Shown here piece by piece: positions 56,965 through 64,000 of a stretch of DNA of 64,000 nt. Each line of letters opens with the position of its first letter. Within the stretch, counting starts at the first letter, position 1. The notes under the pieces are model-generated. The model saw only the letters and a program-made list of their open reading frames with translations. It was not told the DNA's origin and searched no databases. The position numbers were made by a program, and so were the translations under genes. The stretch is from an uncultured Planctomycetales bacterium (lineage in GTDB: Bacteria > Omnitrophota > Gorgyraeia > Zapsychrales > JANLHA01), in assembly GCA_964374105.1 (NCBI GenBank), contig CAYJXI010000007.1, forward strand, positions 13,096-77,095, given 5' to 3'.

Positions 56965-57297
56965 GGGTTAATCTTCCTTGATGAAATAGTTCTTTTGATC
57001 AATGGGGATTATGAATTTGGGAAATCATTTATCTGTCTACGCATAAGACCCCCCGCCGTTTTGGTTCGCCTGTTGACAGGCAGGCAAAGCGAAGCAGCGC
57101 AGGATGAATACGAAAAAAATGCTTCAGAGGATTTCGCCCGAAGAGGCAAGCCCATGGGATTCCATTGGATAATATTATACTCGAAATTAGGATTCCTAAG
57201 ACAAATTTTCCTTAAAGGTCACTTATCCGTGCGATATGTGAGGGGAGATATTTAAAGTTGAGGAAAGTTAAGATTGTGACGAGTTTATTCTGATTCA

Positions 57298-58551
57298 TCA
57301 AAATTTAAAATTCATGTCGGTCTGCCAAAGATGTTCTACGGTGGCCTTTCGGGAATCGATTTCCTCTCCTCCAATAGGTGCACTGCGATAATAATCCAGA
57401 TCTAGGCTGACATTTTTGCCTAAACTATAACTGAGAATAGCCTCGTGTCCCTGAACATGAGTCCTACCGCTGTAAAAATCCGAGTCAGGGAAAATGTCTA
57501 AAACCGCGTTTCTTTCCAGTCGTCGGTAATTATAGGAAAGTTGCCATTGGCGAGGGCCAGCGACTTTTTTATCACCTATCGTGATCCCTAAAAGAAATCC
57601 CTGATCATGTTCATCGGCATTTGGATTATTGATATATTCTCCAAAGAGGCTTAAGTGGGGGAGGGATTGAAGGCCAAAAGGATTAAAGAACATAATTTCC
57701 GACCCTACCGAAAAGGCATCGTAATCGTAAACATAAAGAGAACTGCTATTGACTGTATTGGTGCTACTTGAGTGGGCCAATTGAGAATAGTTTTTGATTG
57801 TTTCAAAGCCGTAGTAAGCCCCGGCCAATTTTAGTTGGGTTTGAGAGTTAGGCGAAAATGTGATACCGGGTTGTACCCCGTACATAAGGGGATCATAATT
57901 TTCGGTTGAGTTTTCATCTAAAATAAAAAATCCGGTGTTGAAAAAGGGTTCCCATTGATCATTGATTTTCTTTTTGAGGTTGGCCCCGGCCCCATCAAAG
58001 GTAATATCGGTATCAAAGATCAAATCCTTCGGGTTCCAAAAAGGCCTGGGAATTTTTCCTCCTGAGACAGCGGCCCAATCGGCAGGGGTGTATTGAGCAT
58101 AGGCATAATCCAAGCGCACATCGGATTTCTCAAAAGAATTTTCCAGTGTCTCATTGGTGGCACGGGGATCGCCTGTTCCCGTGGCCAATCCCAGGGCGGC
58201 TTTCAGTTTGTCATTCACATTTGTTTCAACGCCAAATCTGAGGCGGATCCTTCCTCGATCTCTGGTATTAGTCGATTCCCTTTGTTCATGCTGATAACGA
58301 ACACGTAAGTCTCCCTTAAATTTCATGTCTTGGACCCAAGAGGGGAGGCTGGTTTTAAGGCCTTCCTCCCGTAGTAATTTTTCATCCGTTGCAATTTCCT
58401 CTTTCAATTCCAACGCCTCTTGTTGGGTCAAGATTCCTTTTTCCACCAGTTTTCTAATCAAGGCATCAACTTGTGTGCTATCGGCCATACCAGTGTGGGG
58501 GAGTCCCAGTAACCCCAAAATCGTTAAACTTAAGAGAATAAGTTTTTTCAT
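57298..58551 (-). CDS. Outer-membrane beta-barrel porin, probably phosphate-selective porin O/P family
   Basis: Signal peptide ...GMA|DST, an N-terminal coiled-coil segment, beta-strand-rich body and a C-terminal aromatic (…MNFKF). Sits at the head of the phoBR-pst cluster. Confidence 0.5.
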   Translation of the reverse strand: MKKLILLSLTILGLLGLPHTGMADSTQVDALIRKLVEKGILTQQEALELKEEIATDEKLLREEGLKTSLPSWVQDMKFKGDLRVRYQHEQRESTNTRDRGRIRLRFGVETNVNDKLKAALGLATGTGDPRATNETLENSFEKSDVRLDYAYAQYTPADWAAVSGGKIPRPFWNPKDLIFDTDITFDGAGANLKKKINDQWEPFFNTGFFILDENSTENYDPLMYGVQPGITFSPNSQTQLKLAGAYYGFETIKNYSQLAHSSSTNTVNSSSLYVYDYDAFSVGSEIMFFNPFGLQSLPHLSLFGEYINNPNADEHDQGFLLGITIGDKKVAGPRQWQLSYNYRRLERNAVLDIFPDSDFYSGRTHVQGHEAILSYSLGKNVSLDLDYYRSAPIGGEEIDSRKATVEHLWQTDMNFKF

Positions 58552-58902
58552 ATTCCTTCCTCCTTCAATAGGGATTGTTAAAATAAAACTTCCTTGACCA
58601 ACGAATATCTTCTTCTACACTTTTTAAACTGTCTTGAACGTAACCATCAATGGGATTCCCATTCTCAACATATTGAAGAATCTTAAGCAGAATTTTAATA
58701 TTGGTATCCAAGACGTTGACTAGGAGATCTTCTTTGAGGATGAAATATCCTTGATTTTCATATTCCCTTTTCCATTTTCTGCCAGAAGTATAATGGACGA
58801 GATTAAAAATAGAATAAAGGTTCTGTTAATTTCGGGTTAAGTAGACAACAGCAATAGAGAAGAGAGAAATGTAGCTAAGCAAGATGATTAGGCCTGGGGT
58901 TT

Positions 58903-58931
58903 GCGCTTCCCCGACAAATTCCTTGACAAAA
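58903..58931 (+). promoter_or_regulatory. Strong sigma70-type promoter TTGACA-N17-TATATT
   Basis: Exact -35 consensus at 58903..58908, a 17-nt spacer, and -10 TATATT at 58926..58931. Confidence 0.45.
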
Positions 58932-59009
58932 AAGACCTTTTTCTTTATATTAGAAAAGTTCTGAATAATGGAGAAGATCCTCAAATATTCGGATAGGCAA
59001 TATGCCATT

Positions 59010-59046
59010 GGCGGCTGTATGAGTAGCCGCCTTTTTATTTTTTAAA
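59010..59046 (+). terminator. Rho-independent terminator (ggcggct-gtatgagt-agccgcc + tttttatttttt)
   Basis: 7-bp GC stem plus a long U-tract, about 80 nt upstream of the GGDEF gene start. Confidence 0.55.
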
Positions 59047-59124
59047 TTTTTTGTTTGAAGATAAGAAGCTTTGTATTAAACCACGGGTTGTAAGTTAACT
59101 GCGCAGGGGTTAGCGACTTAAGTA

Positions 59125-60534
59125 ATGTCTTATTTTGCCAATAATAAAGAAATTAATCTCCTCCATCCGGAAGCTCAGAAAATTTTCCGTAATCTGATTG
59201 AATCGGTGAAAGCCGGAATCTATATGGCCGATTCTAAAGGGAAATTATTCTTTGTCAATCAGACCTTTGTGGATATTTTGGGTTATAACAATAAACAAGA
59301 GGTTTTAGGACTGGACTTAGTCCAGGTTTTATATACGGACTTAGAAAAACGAAATGTCTTTTTGAAAACGATGGAAAAGGTGGGTTTTGTACGTGATGAT
59401 GGAGTTAAGATTATGCGAAAAGATGGATCGATGGTGAATGTGTCTACCACCAGCCATGTTATTCGAAATGAAAAGAATGAAGTGATTGGCTTTGAAGGGA
59501 TCATTCAGGATATCACCGAAAAAAAAGAATTGGAAGATAATTTAAAAATCGAAAAATTCAAATTGGAACAAATCCTCTCTTTCGAGGAAAAAATCCGCTC
59601 GATTCATAAATTTGATGAATTGGTCAACTTTATTGTGGAGAAAACAACCCAGATTCTCAATGCGGCAAGATGTTCCCTTATGCTTGTGGAGGAGGGTACC
59701 CAAGAATTGTCGATTAAGGCGGCCATTGGTTTAGATAAGGAAGTGATGAAAAACACCCGAGTTAAATTAGGAGAGCCGATTGCCGGGCTGGTGGCCCAAG
59801 AGGAAGATCCTGTTTTGGTCAAGAATATTGAATACGATCAGCGTTTCAAAAGGGGTAATAAACCCTATTATCGAGGCCGATCTTTTATGAGTGCTGCTAT
59901 CAGGCAGGATCATAAACTGATCGGAGTCGTCAATGTCTCGGATAAAAATCCCCAGAATTCTGATAATTTCAATGAACTTGATTTGAAAATTTTAAGTACC
60001 ATTGTCCGTCAGGCGGCTGGGATCATTGAGAATGCCAAATTGTACAATGAATTGGAATATCTGTCTAAAATGGATCCTTTAACGGATCTTTATAATTATC
60101 GAAGTTTTGTTAAGAGTTTAGATCAGGAAATCAATCGTCTTAAACGCTATCCCGGCAGTTTAAGTTTACTGATGATAGACGTGGATGATTTTAAGACCTA
60201 CAATGACACCCACGGACATCTGGAAGGAGATATCCTTCTAAAGAAACTGAGTGACGTTTTCAAACAGCATTTGCGTTCGGTTGATACCATCTGTCGCTAT
60301 GGAGGAGATGAGTTTGCGGTGATCCTGCCCGGTACGGATAGCCAGCAGGCGAAGCTGGTTGCCGAAAAACTCAGGAAAAATGTGGAAGAGGTTCCCTTTA
60401 AAGATAAGATCACCTTAAGTATCGGGATTTCTGATTACCAGTCCCATTTAAGCCGGTTTGATTTAACCCGCCTGGCGGATAAAGCCCTTTATCAAGCTAA
60501 ACGAGAGGGGAAAAACCGAATTGGGATTTATTAA
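59125..60534 (+). CDS. PAS-GAF-GGDEF diguanylate cyclase
   Basis: PAS (FVNQTFVDILGY...), GAF (...ARCSLMLVEEG...), and GGDEF with an intact RYGGDEFAVIL active site. Confidence 0.85.
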   Translation: MSYFANNKEINLLHPEAQKIFRNLIESVKAGIYMADSKGKLFFVNQTFVDILGYNNKQEVLGLDLVQVLYTDLEKRNVFLKTMEKVGFVRDDGVKIMRKDGSMVNVSTTSHVIRNEKNEVIGFEGIIQDITEKKELEDNLKIEKFKLEQILSFEEKIRSIHKFDELVNFIVEKTTQILNAARCSLMLVEEGTQELSIKAAIGLDKEVMKNTRVKLGEPIAGLVAQEEDPVLVKNIEYDQRFKRGNKPYYRGRSFMSAAIRQDHKLIGVVNVSDKNPQNSDNFNELDLKILSTIVRQAAGIIENAKLYNELEYLSKMDPLTDLYNYRSFVKSLDQEINRLKRYPGSLSLLMIDVDDFKTYNDTHGHLEGDILLKKLSDVFKQHLRSVDTICRYGGDEFAVILPGTDSQQAKLVAEKLRKNVEEVPFKDKITLSIGISDYQSHLSRFDLTRLADKALYQAKREGKNRIGIY

Positions 60535-60689
60535 ATGCCTTCTTCATCTTCTTAAAAAAACCTTCCCACCTTTTCTAATCCAATACCCTCCCCAATTCAT
60601 AAAAATTAATGAAACAATTAATCATCTTCTCCTTCTGTATGTTATATTTTAAAGAACATTATGAAACATGACTGTCCAAATTACCAAAT

Positions 60690-60800
60690 TGTCATTCCTG
60701 TCCCGCATTAAATGCGGGATAAACTTGCTTCTGCTTTAAGCAGGGGGCAGGAATCCAGATGGGAAATCTGGATCCCCGACCTGTCTGCCGACAGGCAGGT
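60690..60800. repeat. GC-rich palindromic intergenic repeat element (paralogue of 8445..8565)
   Basis: cccgcattaaatgcggg, ctgctttaagcag, ggaatccagatgggaaatctggatcc, cctgtctgccgacaggcagg. Confidence 0.45.
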
Positions 60801-60917
60801 TAAAACATTCGGGGGTGACAGAATCCATGTCTTAAATTAGCATTATCTTCGATAACTTATTACTATTTTGGACACGCATGATTATGAAAGGATAATAAAA
60901 ACGAAAGTGAGAAATCT

Positions 60918-62552
60918 GTGTCGATAAATAAAAAGATAATTATGATTTGGTTGATGACGGGGTTTTTGGGCTTAGCCGTCTTTATTGGTTTTTATGACTT
61001 TACAAACCCCGAGGCCTCGGTTGATATTCGAGTGAGCCGAACAAAAGCCGAGGGAATTGCCGAGTCCTTCATTAAAGAGAGAGGACTTGATCTTAAGGGA
61101 TTTGATAAAACAATTGTCTTTAGTGATTGCGGTGAGACCCCCATTGTTTATTTACAAAAAAGCCAAGGGCTTAAAAGGGCGAATGACCTGTTACGTTTTG
61201 AGATTCCGTGTTGGGCCTGGGAAATCCAATATTTCAAAGAACTCAACAAAGAAAGATTCTTTGTTCACGTGACTCCCTCAAATGGGAAAGTCACCTATTT
61301 TGATCATGCCCTTATGGAAGATGATCCCGGAGGGAGGTTAACCCAAGGGGAAGCCCGCAAGATTGCCGAGGATATACTGATACTGCAGGGAGAGATATTA
61401 GAGGAATATGAACTCAAATCATTTTCTACCGATGAACGGAAAAATCGTACCGACCATCATTTTGAATGGGAGAAAAAGGGTTACAAGATTGCGGATGGGA
61501 CAATGCGAATTGCTGTCTCTATCGATGGAGATAAATTGGGATATTATGGTAAATACTTTCATATCCCTGAGCAGTTTGAAAGAGACTTCACGAAAGAGAA
61601 AACTCCGGGCTACATTCTAAGCTTTGTGTTTGGTTCTTTTATTTTTCTACTTGTTATTGCCGCTATCTTTATCTTGATTGTCCAGTATAAAAACAGTCGT
61701 ATCCGATGGTCTTTGGCATTTTGGTTTAGTATCATTTTTATTCCTTTAAATCTTCTTTCGTTTTTTAACGATTTACCTATTCTTTGGAGTAACTATATTG
61801 ATACGTTAAGTAAAAATGTTTTTTTGGGGATTAGTTTTGGTGGGGTGTTGGTGGGAACCTTGTTTGGGGGACTTCTGATTTTTCTCTTCTGTGCTTCTGG
61901 GGAATCCTTAAGTTATGATCTTAAACACAATTGCTTGCCCATCATCAATGCCTTCAAAGAAAGGACATTAAGGCTACAGGACCTTTCCTTAAGAATTATG
62001 ATTGGATATTCTTTGGGATTGTTTGGATTAGGGTATGTGACCATTTTTTATTTGATCGCGGAGAATTATCTTCATGTCTGGAAACCTTTATCTCCGGATT
62101 ATTCCAATATGTTGGGGACTTCTATGCCGTTTTTATATCCTTTAACGATTGCTTCCTTTGCTGCGATCAGCGAGGAATTTATGGATCGGATGTTTGCAAT
62201 CTCCTTTTTCAAGAAATATTTTAAACGAACATGGCTAGCGATTCTCATCCCAGCGATCCTCTGGGGTTTTGCTCATTCGGGGTATGCCATTTACCCTATG
62301 TATGTCAGGGGAATTGAATTGACGATAGTAGGGATTATTTGGGGAATGATTTATCTAAAATACGGTGTGGAGACGGTGATCATTGCTCATTATGTCTATA
62401 ATGCCGTTATGATCGGCTTGCCTTTGCTGCGTTCCCAAAATTATTATTATTTGATATCAGGGTTGATTGTGATTGTTTTATTGTTAATCCCTGTCTTAAT
62501 TCTCCCTTTATTGATAAAGATTCCTAAAAAAGAATCAAGCTCGCCATTGTGA
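60918..62552 (+). CDS. CPBP-family (CAAX protease / Abi) intramembrane metalloprotease with large N-terminal extracytoplasmic domain
   Basis: The C-terminal membrane domain carries the three CPBP motifs: EEFMDRMF (EExxxR), FAHSGY (FxxxH) and HYVYNAV (HxxxN). Confidence 0.6.
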   Translation: MSINKKIIMIWLMTGFLGLAVFIGFYDFTNPEASVDIRVSRTKAEGIAESFIKERGLDLKGFDKTIVFSDCGETPIVYLQKSQGLKRANDLLRFEIPCWAWEIQYFKELNKERFFVHVTPSNGKVTYFDHALMEDDPGGRLTQGEARKIAEDILILQGEILEEYELKSFSTDERKNRTDHHFEWEKKGYKIADGTMRIAVSIDGDKLGYYGKYFHIPEQFERDFTKEKTPGYILSFVFGSFIFLLVIAAIFILIVQYKNSRIRWSLAFWFSIIFIPLNLLSFFNDLPILWSNYIDTLSKNVFLGISFGGVLVGTLFGGLLIFLFCASGESLSYDLKHNCLPIINAFKERTLRLQDLSLRIMIGYSLGLFGLGYVTIFYLIAENYLHVWKPLSPDYSNMLGTSMPFLYPLTIASFAAISEEFMDRMFAISFFKKYFKRTWLAILIPAILWGFAHSGYAIYPMYVRGIELTIVGIIWGMIYLKYGVETVIIAHYVYNAVMIGLPLLRSQNYYYLISGLIVIVLLLIPVLILPLLIKIPKKESSSPL

Positions 62553-62633
62553 AAAAAGATGGACAAACTTTGTGCCCATTTTCCTTGAAGGTGTGGTAGG
62601 AAATAAAACCCGGGTTTTGAACTTTTATCTATT

Positions 62634-63290
62634 ATGAATGGAACTTCTCTTGTATTAAGGATCATAAGGAAGTCAAAATGGAGTTTATTCTTTGGGATTA
62701 TTTTGAATTTGAGCATGCTAGCAGCGTTATCTGCCAAGACATTTTGGCCTCCTCAGTTAGGCGAATCTTATCCGGATTTGATATTAATGGATAGTCATGG
62801 TCAAAAGATTCGCCTTTCCGATTTGACAGGTAAAGTTATTATTATTGAATATGTTGGCATGACCTGTCCTGCTTGCCAGGCCTTCAGTGGAGCACACATT
62901 TATGGCGCTTATCAAAACATCGAGCCGCAGCAGGGATTGGCCTCTTTTAAAGAATACTTTACGGAATATACAAAAGGTATCTCGTTAAAGGATGATCGCA
63001 TCGTTTTTATTCAGATGATATTGTATAGTATGACTATGGGTGTTCCTTCTCTCGAAGATGTTCACCATTGGGCAAAGCATTTCCATTTGGACCAGCATAG
63101 CAATTTTCTTGTCTTGATGGGGACAAAAGAGATGTTAGGAGAAGACAGTTACAATCTTATTCCAGGCTTTCAATTGATTGATAAAAATTTTATTCTACGC
63201 TACGATAGTACTGGCCATCATCCTCGGCATAATCTTTTTACGGAACTGTTACCAATGGTCCCCAAAATTTTAGAAGAGTCATATCAATAA
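62634..63290 (+). CDS. Thioredoxin-fold thiol:disulfide oxidoreductase (TlpA/redoxin-like)
   Basis: N-terminal TM/signal. GKVIIIEYVGMTCPACQAF has the CxxC (CPAC) in the context typical of redoxin/AhpC-TSA proteins. Confidence 0.5.
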   Translation: MNGTSLVLRIIRKSKWSLFFGIILNLSMLAALSAKTFWPPQLGESYPDLILMDSHGQKIRLSDLTGKVIIIEYVGMTCPACQAFSGAHIYGAYQNIEPQQGLASFKEYFTEYTKGISLKDDRIVFIQMILYSMTMGVPSLEDVHHWAKHFHLDQHSNFLVLMGTKEMLGEDSYNLIPGFQLIDKNFILRYDSTGHHPRHNLFTELLPMVPKILEESYQ

Positions 63291-63307
63291 TTAGGTTCAT
63301 TAACCGT

Positions 63308-63853
63308 ATGGATTTTTTTCTCATTATCTTAGGGTTTGTTTTATTGTTAGTAGGACGGAGGCTTTTTTGGCTTTTTGTAGGAGTTCTGGGTTTTATTTAT
63401 GGGATGGAAAATGCAAAATTCATTTTTTCCCAAGAGTATCAGTGGGTGACGATCTTACTGGGATTGCTTTTGGGAATATTGGGGGCCCTCTTAGCGATTT
63501 TTCTTCAAAAAATTGCTATCGGTTTAGCGGGATTCATTTCGGGAGGATATCTTATCTTCCTTTTGGATGCCTTTCTAGGATTAAAGGATGTCATTTTCTG
63601 GCCGCTTTTTGTTTTTAGCGGATTGGTGGGTTGTGTTCTGGGATTGATTTTGCTGGATTGGGCTTTGATTATCTTTTCCTCTCTTTTGGGAGCCATTTTG
63701 ATTGTTGAGAATATTCATTTTTTTCCTCTTCCTTTTGTTAGTGTGGTGTGTATCATTTTGATCGTTGTTGGTTTTACATTTCAGGCTAAAGGATTAGAAG
63801 GAAGACGATCAGTTGCATCAAAAAAGGAAAAAGAGGGTGGGGAGAAGAAATAA
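63308..63853 (+). CDS. Polytopic membrane protein, hypothetical
   Basis: 181 aa with about 5 TM helices and a Lys/Glu-rich C-terminal tail. Confidence 0.4.
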   Translation: MDFFLIILGFVLLLVGRRLFWLFVGVLGFIYGMENAKFIFSQEYQWVTILLGLLLGILGALLAIFLQKIAIGLAGFISGGYLIFLLDAFLGLKDVIFWPLFVFSGLVGCVLGLILLDWALIIFSSLLGAILIVENIHFFPLPFVSVVCIILIVVGFTFQAKGLEGRRSVASKKEKEGGEKK

Positions 63854-63902
63854 AGATATCAGAACTTAAGTTTCTACGAATCAAAGGAATGAAAAGATTA
63901 TG

Positions 63903-64000
63903 GAGATAGGGATTGTTGGGTTACCCAATGTGGGGAAATCAACCCTTTTTAATGCTTTAACGGGAGCCTCAGCGGCGGCCGAAAATTTTCCATTTACAAC
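63903..64000 (+). CDS. ychF: Ribosome-binding ATPase YchF (5' partial, runs off window)
   Basis: [32 protein letters not shown] is the canonical YchF/OLA1 N-terminal G1 motif. Confidence 0.8.

Noticed and set aside
56995-57255. 86-aa ORF in the phoB-porin intergenic region
   Set aside because: It spans a GC-rich repeat (gcctgttgacaggc...gcgaagc) with no RBS. It sits on the strand opposite to all surrounding genes, in a region that must carry the phoB promoter.
58552-58700. Pho box upstream of the porin gene
   Set aside because: Candidate repeats (GTTACG...GACAGTT...) do not show the 11-bp periodic direct-repeat geometry seen upstream of pstS.
58938-59124. c-di-GMP (GEMM) riboswitch in the leader of the GGDEF gene
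   Set aside because: A promoter and terminator are present, but I could not find the conserved GEMM-I/II stems or the GNRA tetraloop-receptor consensus. It is kept only as a generic sRNA/attenuator candidate.
1-64000. CRISPR arrays, tRNA/rRNA genes, integrases/transposases, restriction-modification or toxin-antitoxin pairs
   Set aside because: I scanned for regularly spaced direct repeats, cloverleaf-compatible GC-rich 75-90-nt segments, and recombinase/RT motifs. Only the irregular palindromic repeat families described above were found, with no periodic repeat-spacer architecture and no tRNA-like sequence.

Overview
This is a low-GC (about 40%) window from a diderm (Gram-negative-type) bacterium. 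It is densely coded and almost entirely on the + strand, except for a minus-strand Pho regulon block (porin, phoB, phoR, pstS, pstC, pstA, pstB, pstB, phoU). The main gene groups I can support are listed below in window order.

- **Stress and two-component genes:** MsrB, a cyclase-family protein, several two-component regulators, and a cold-shock protein (CspA) followed by a terminator.
- **ydbH-ynbE-ydbL-like trio:** a short YdbH-like protein with the YnbE-like lipoprotein and YdbL-like protein.
- **RimK plus kinase-like gene:** a RimK ATP-grasp ligase followed by a 589-aa protein whose C-terminus looks like the HPr-kinase P-loop domain.
- **CorA:** a magnesium transporter.
- **Giant ORF:** a 10-kb, 3341-aa ORF (13776..23801). 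It carries an N-terminal signal or anchor, a second signal-like segment, two HExxH motifs, a Pol-beta-type nucleotidyltransferase signature, and a junction motif around D-[EQ]-A-[MI]-[VIL]-T that recurs six times. I rate it the best candidate for undescribed biology here.
- **Copper/silver efflux island:** a His-rich small secreted protein, a TolC-like outer membrane factor, a CusB-like adaptor with tandem N-terminal metal-binding motifs, CusA, a YHS-domain protein, DUF2231, and a YHS-permease fusion.
- **Dockerin-lipase gene:** a dockerin plus alpha/beta-hydrolase gene broken by an in-frame TAA between the two dockerin repeats.
- **Kef/CPA2 antiporter:** fused to universal stress protein domains.
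- **Type IV pilus locus:** REC-REC, PAS-HK-PilZ, REC, PilB, PilC, pilin, a PilX-like protein, two minor pilins, a PilM-PilN fusion, PilO and PilP. I saw no secretin or PilT in the window.
- **Remaining genes:** a PAS-GAF-GGDEF cyclase, a CPBP protease, a redoxin, and a partial YchF.

A DUF1211/TMEM175-like channel gene is disrupted by two short duplications. The non-coding DNA carries two families of recurring hairpin repeats (GC-rich palindromes and GACAG-core terminator hairpins), an inverted-repeat-bounded (MITE-like) element, and a promoter-to-terminator bracketed sRNA candidate upstream of the GGDEF gene. I found no CRISPR array, tRNA or rRNA.
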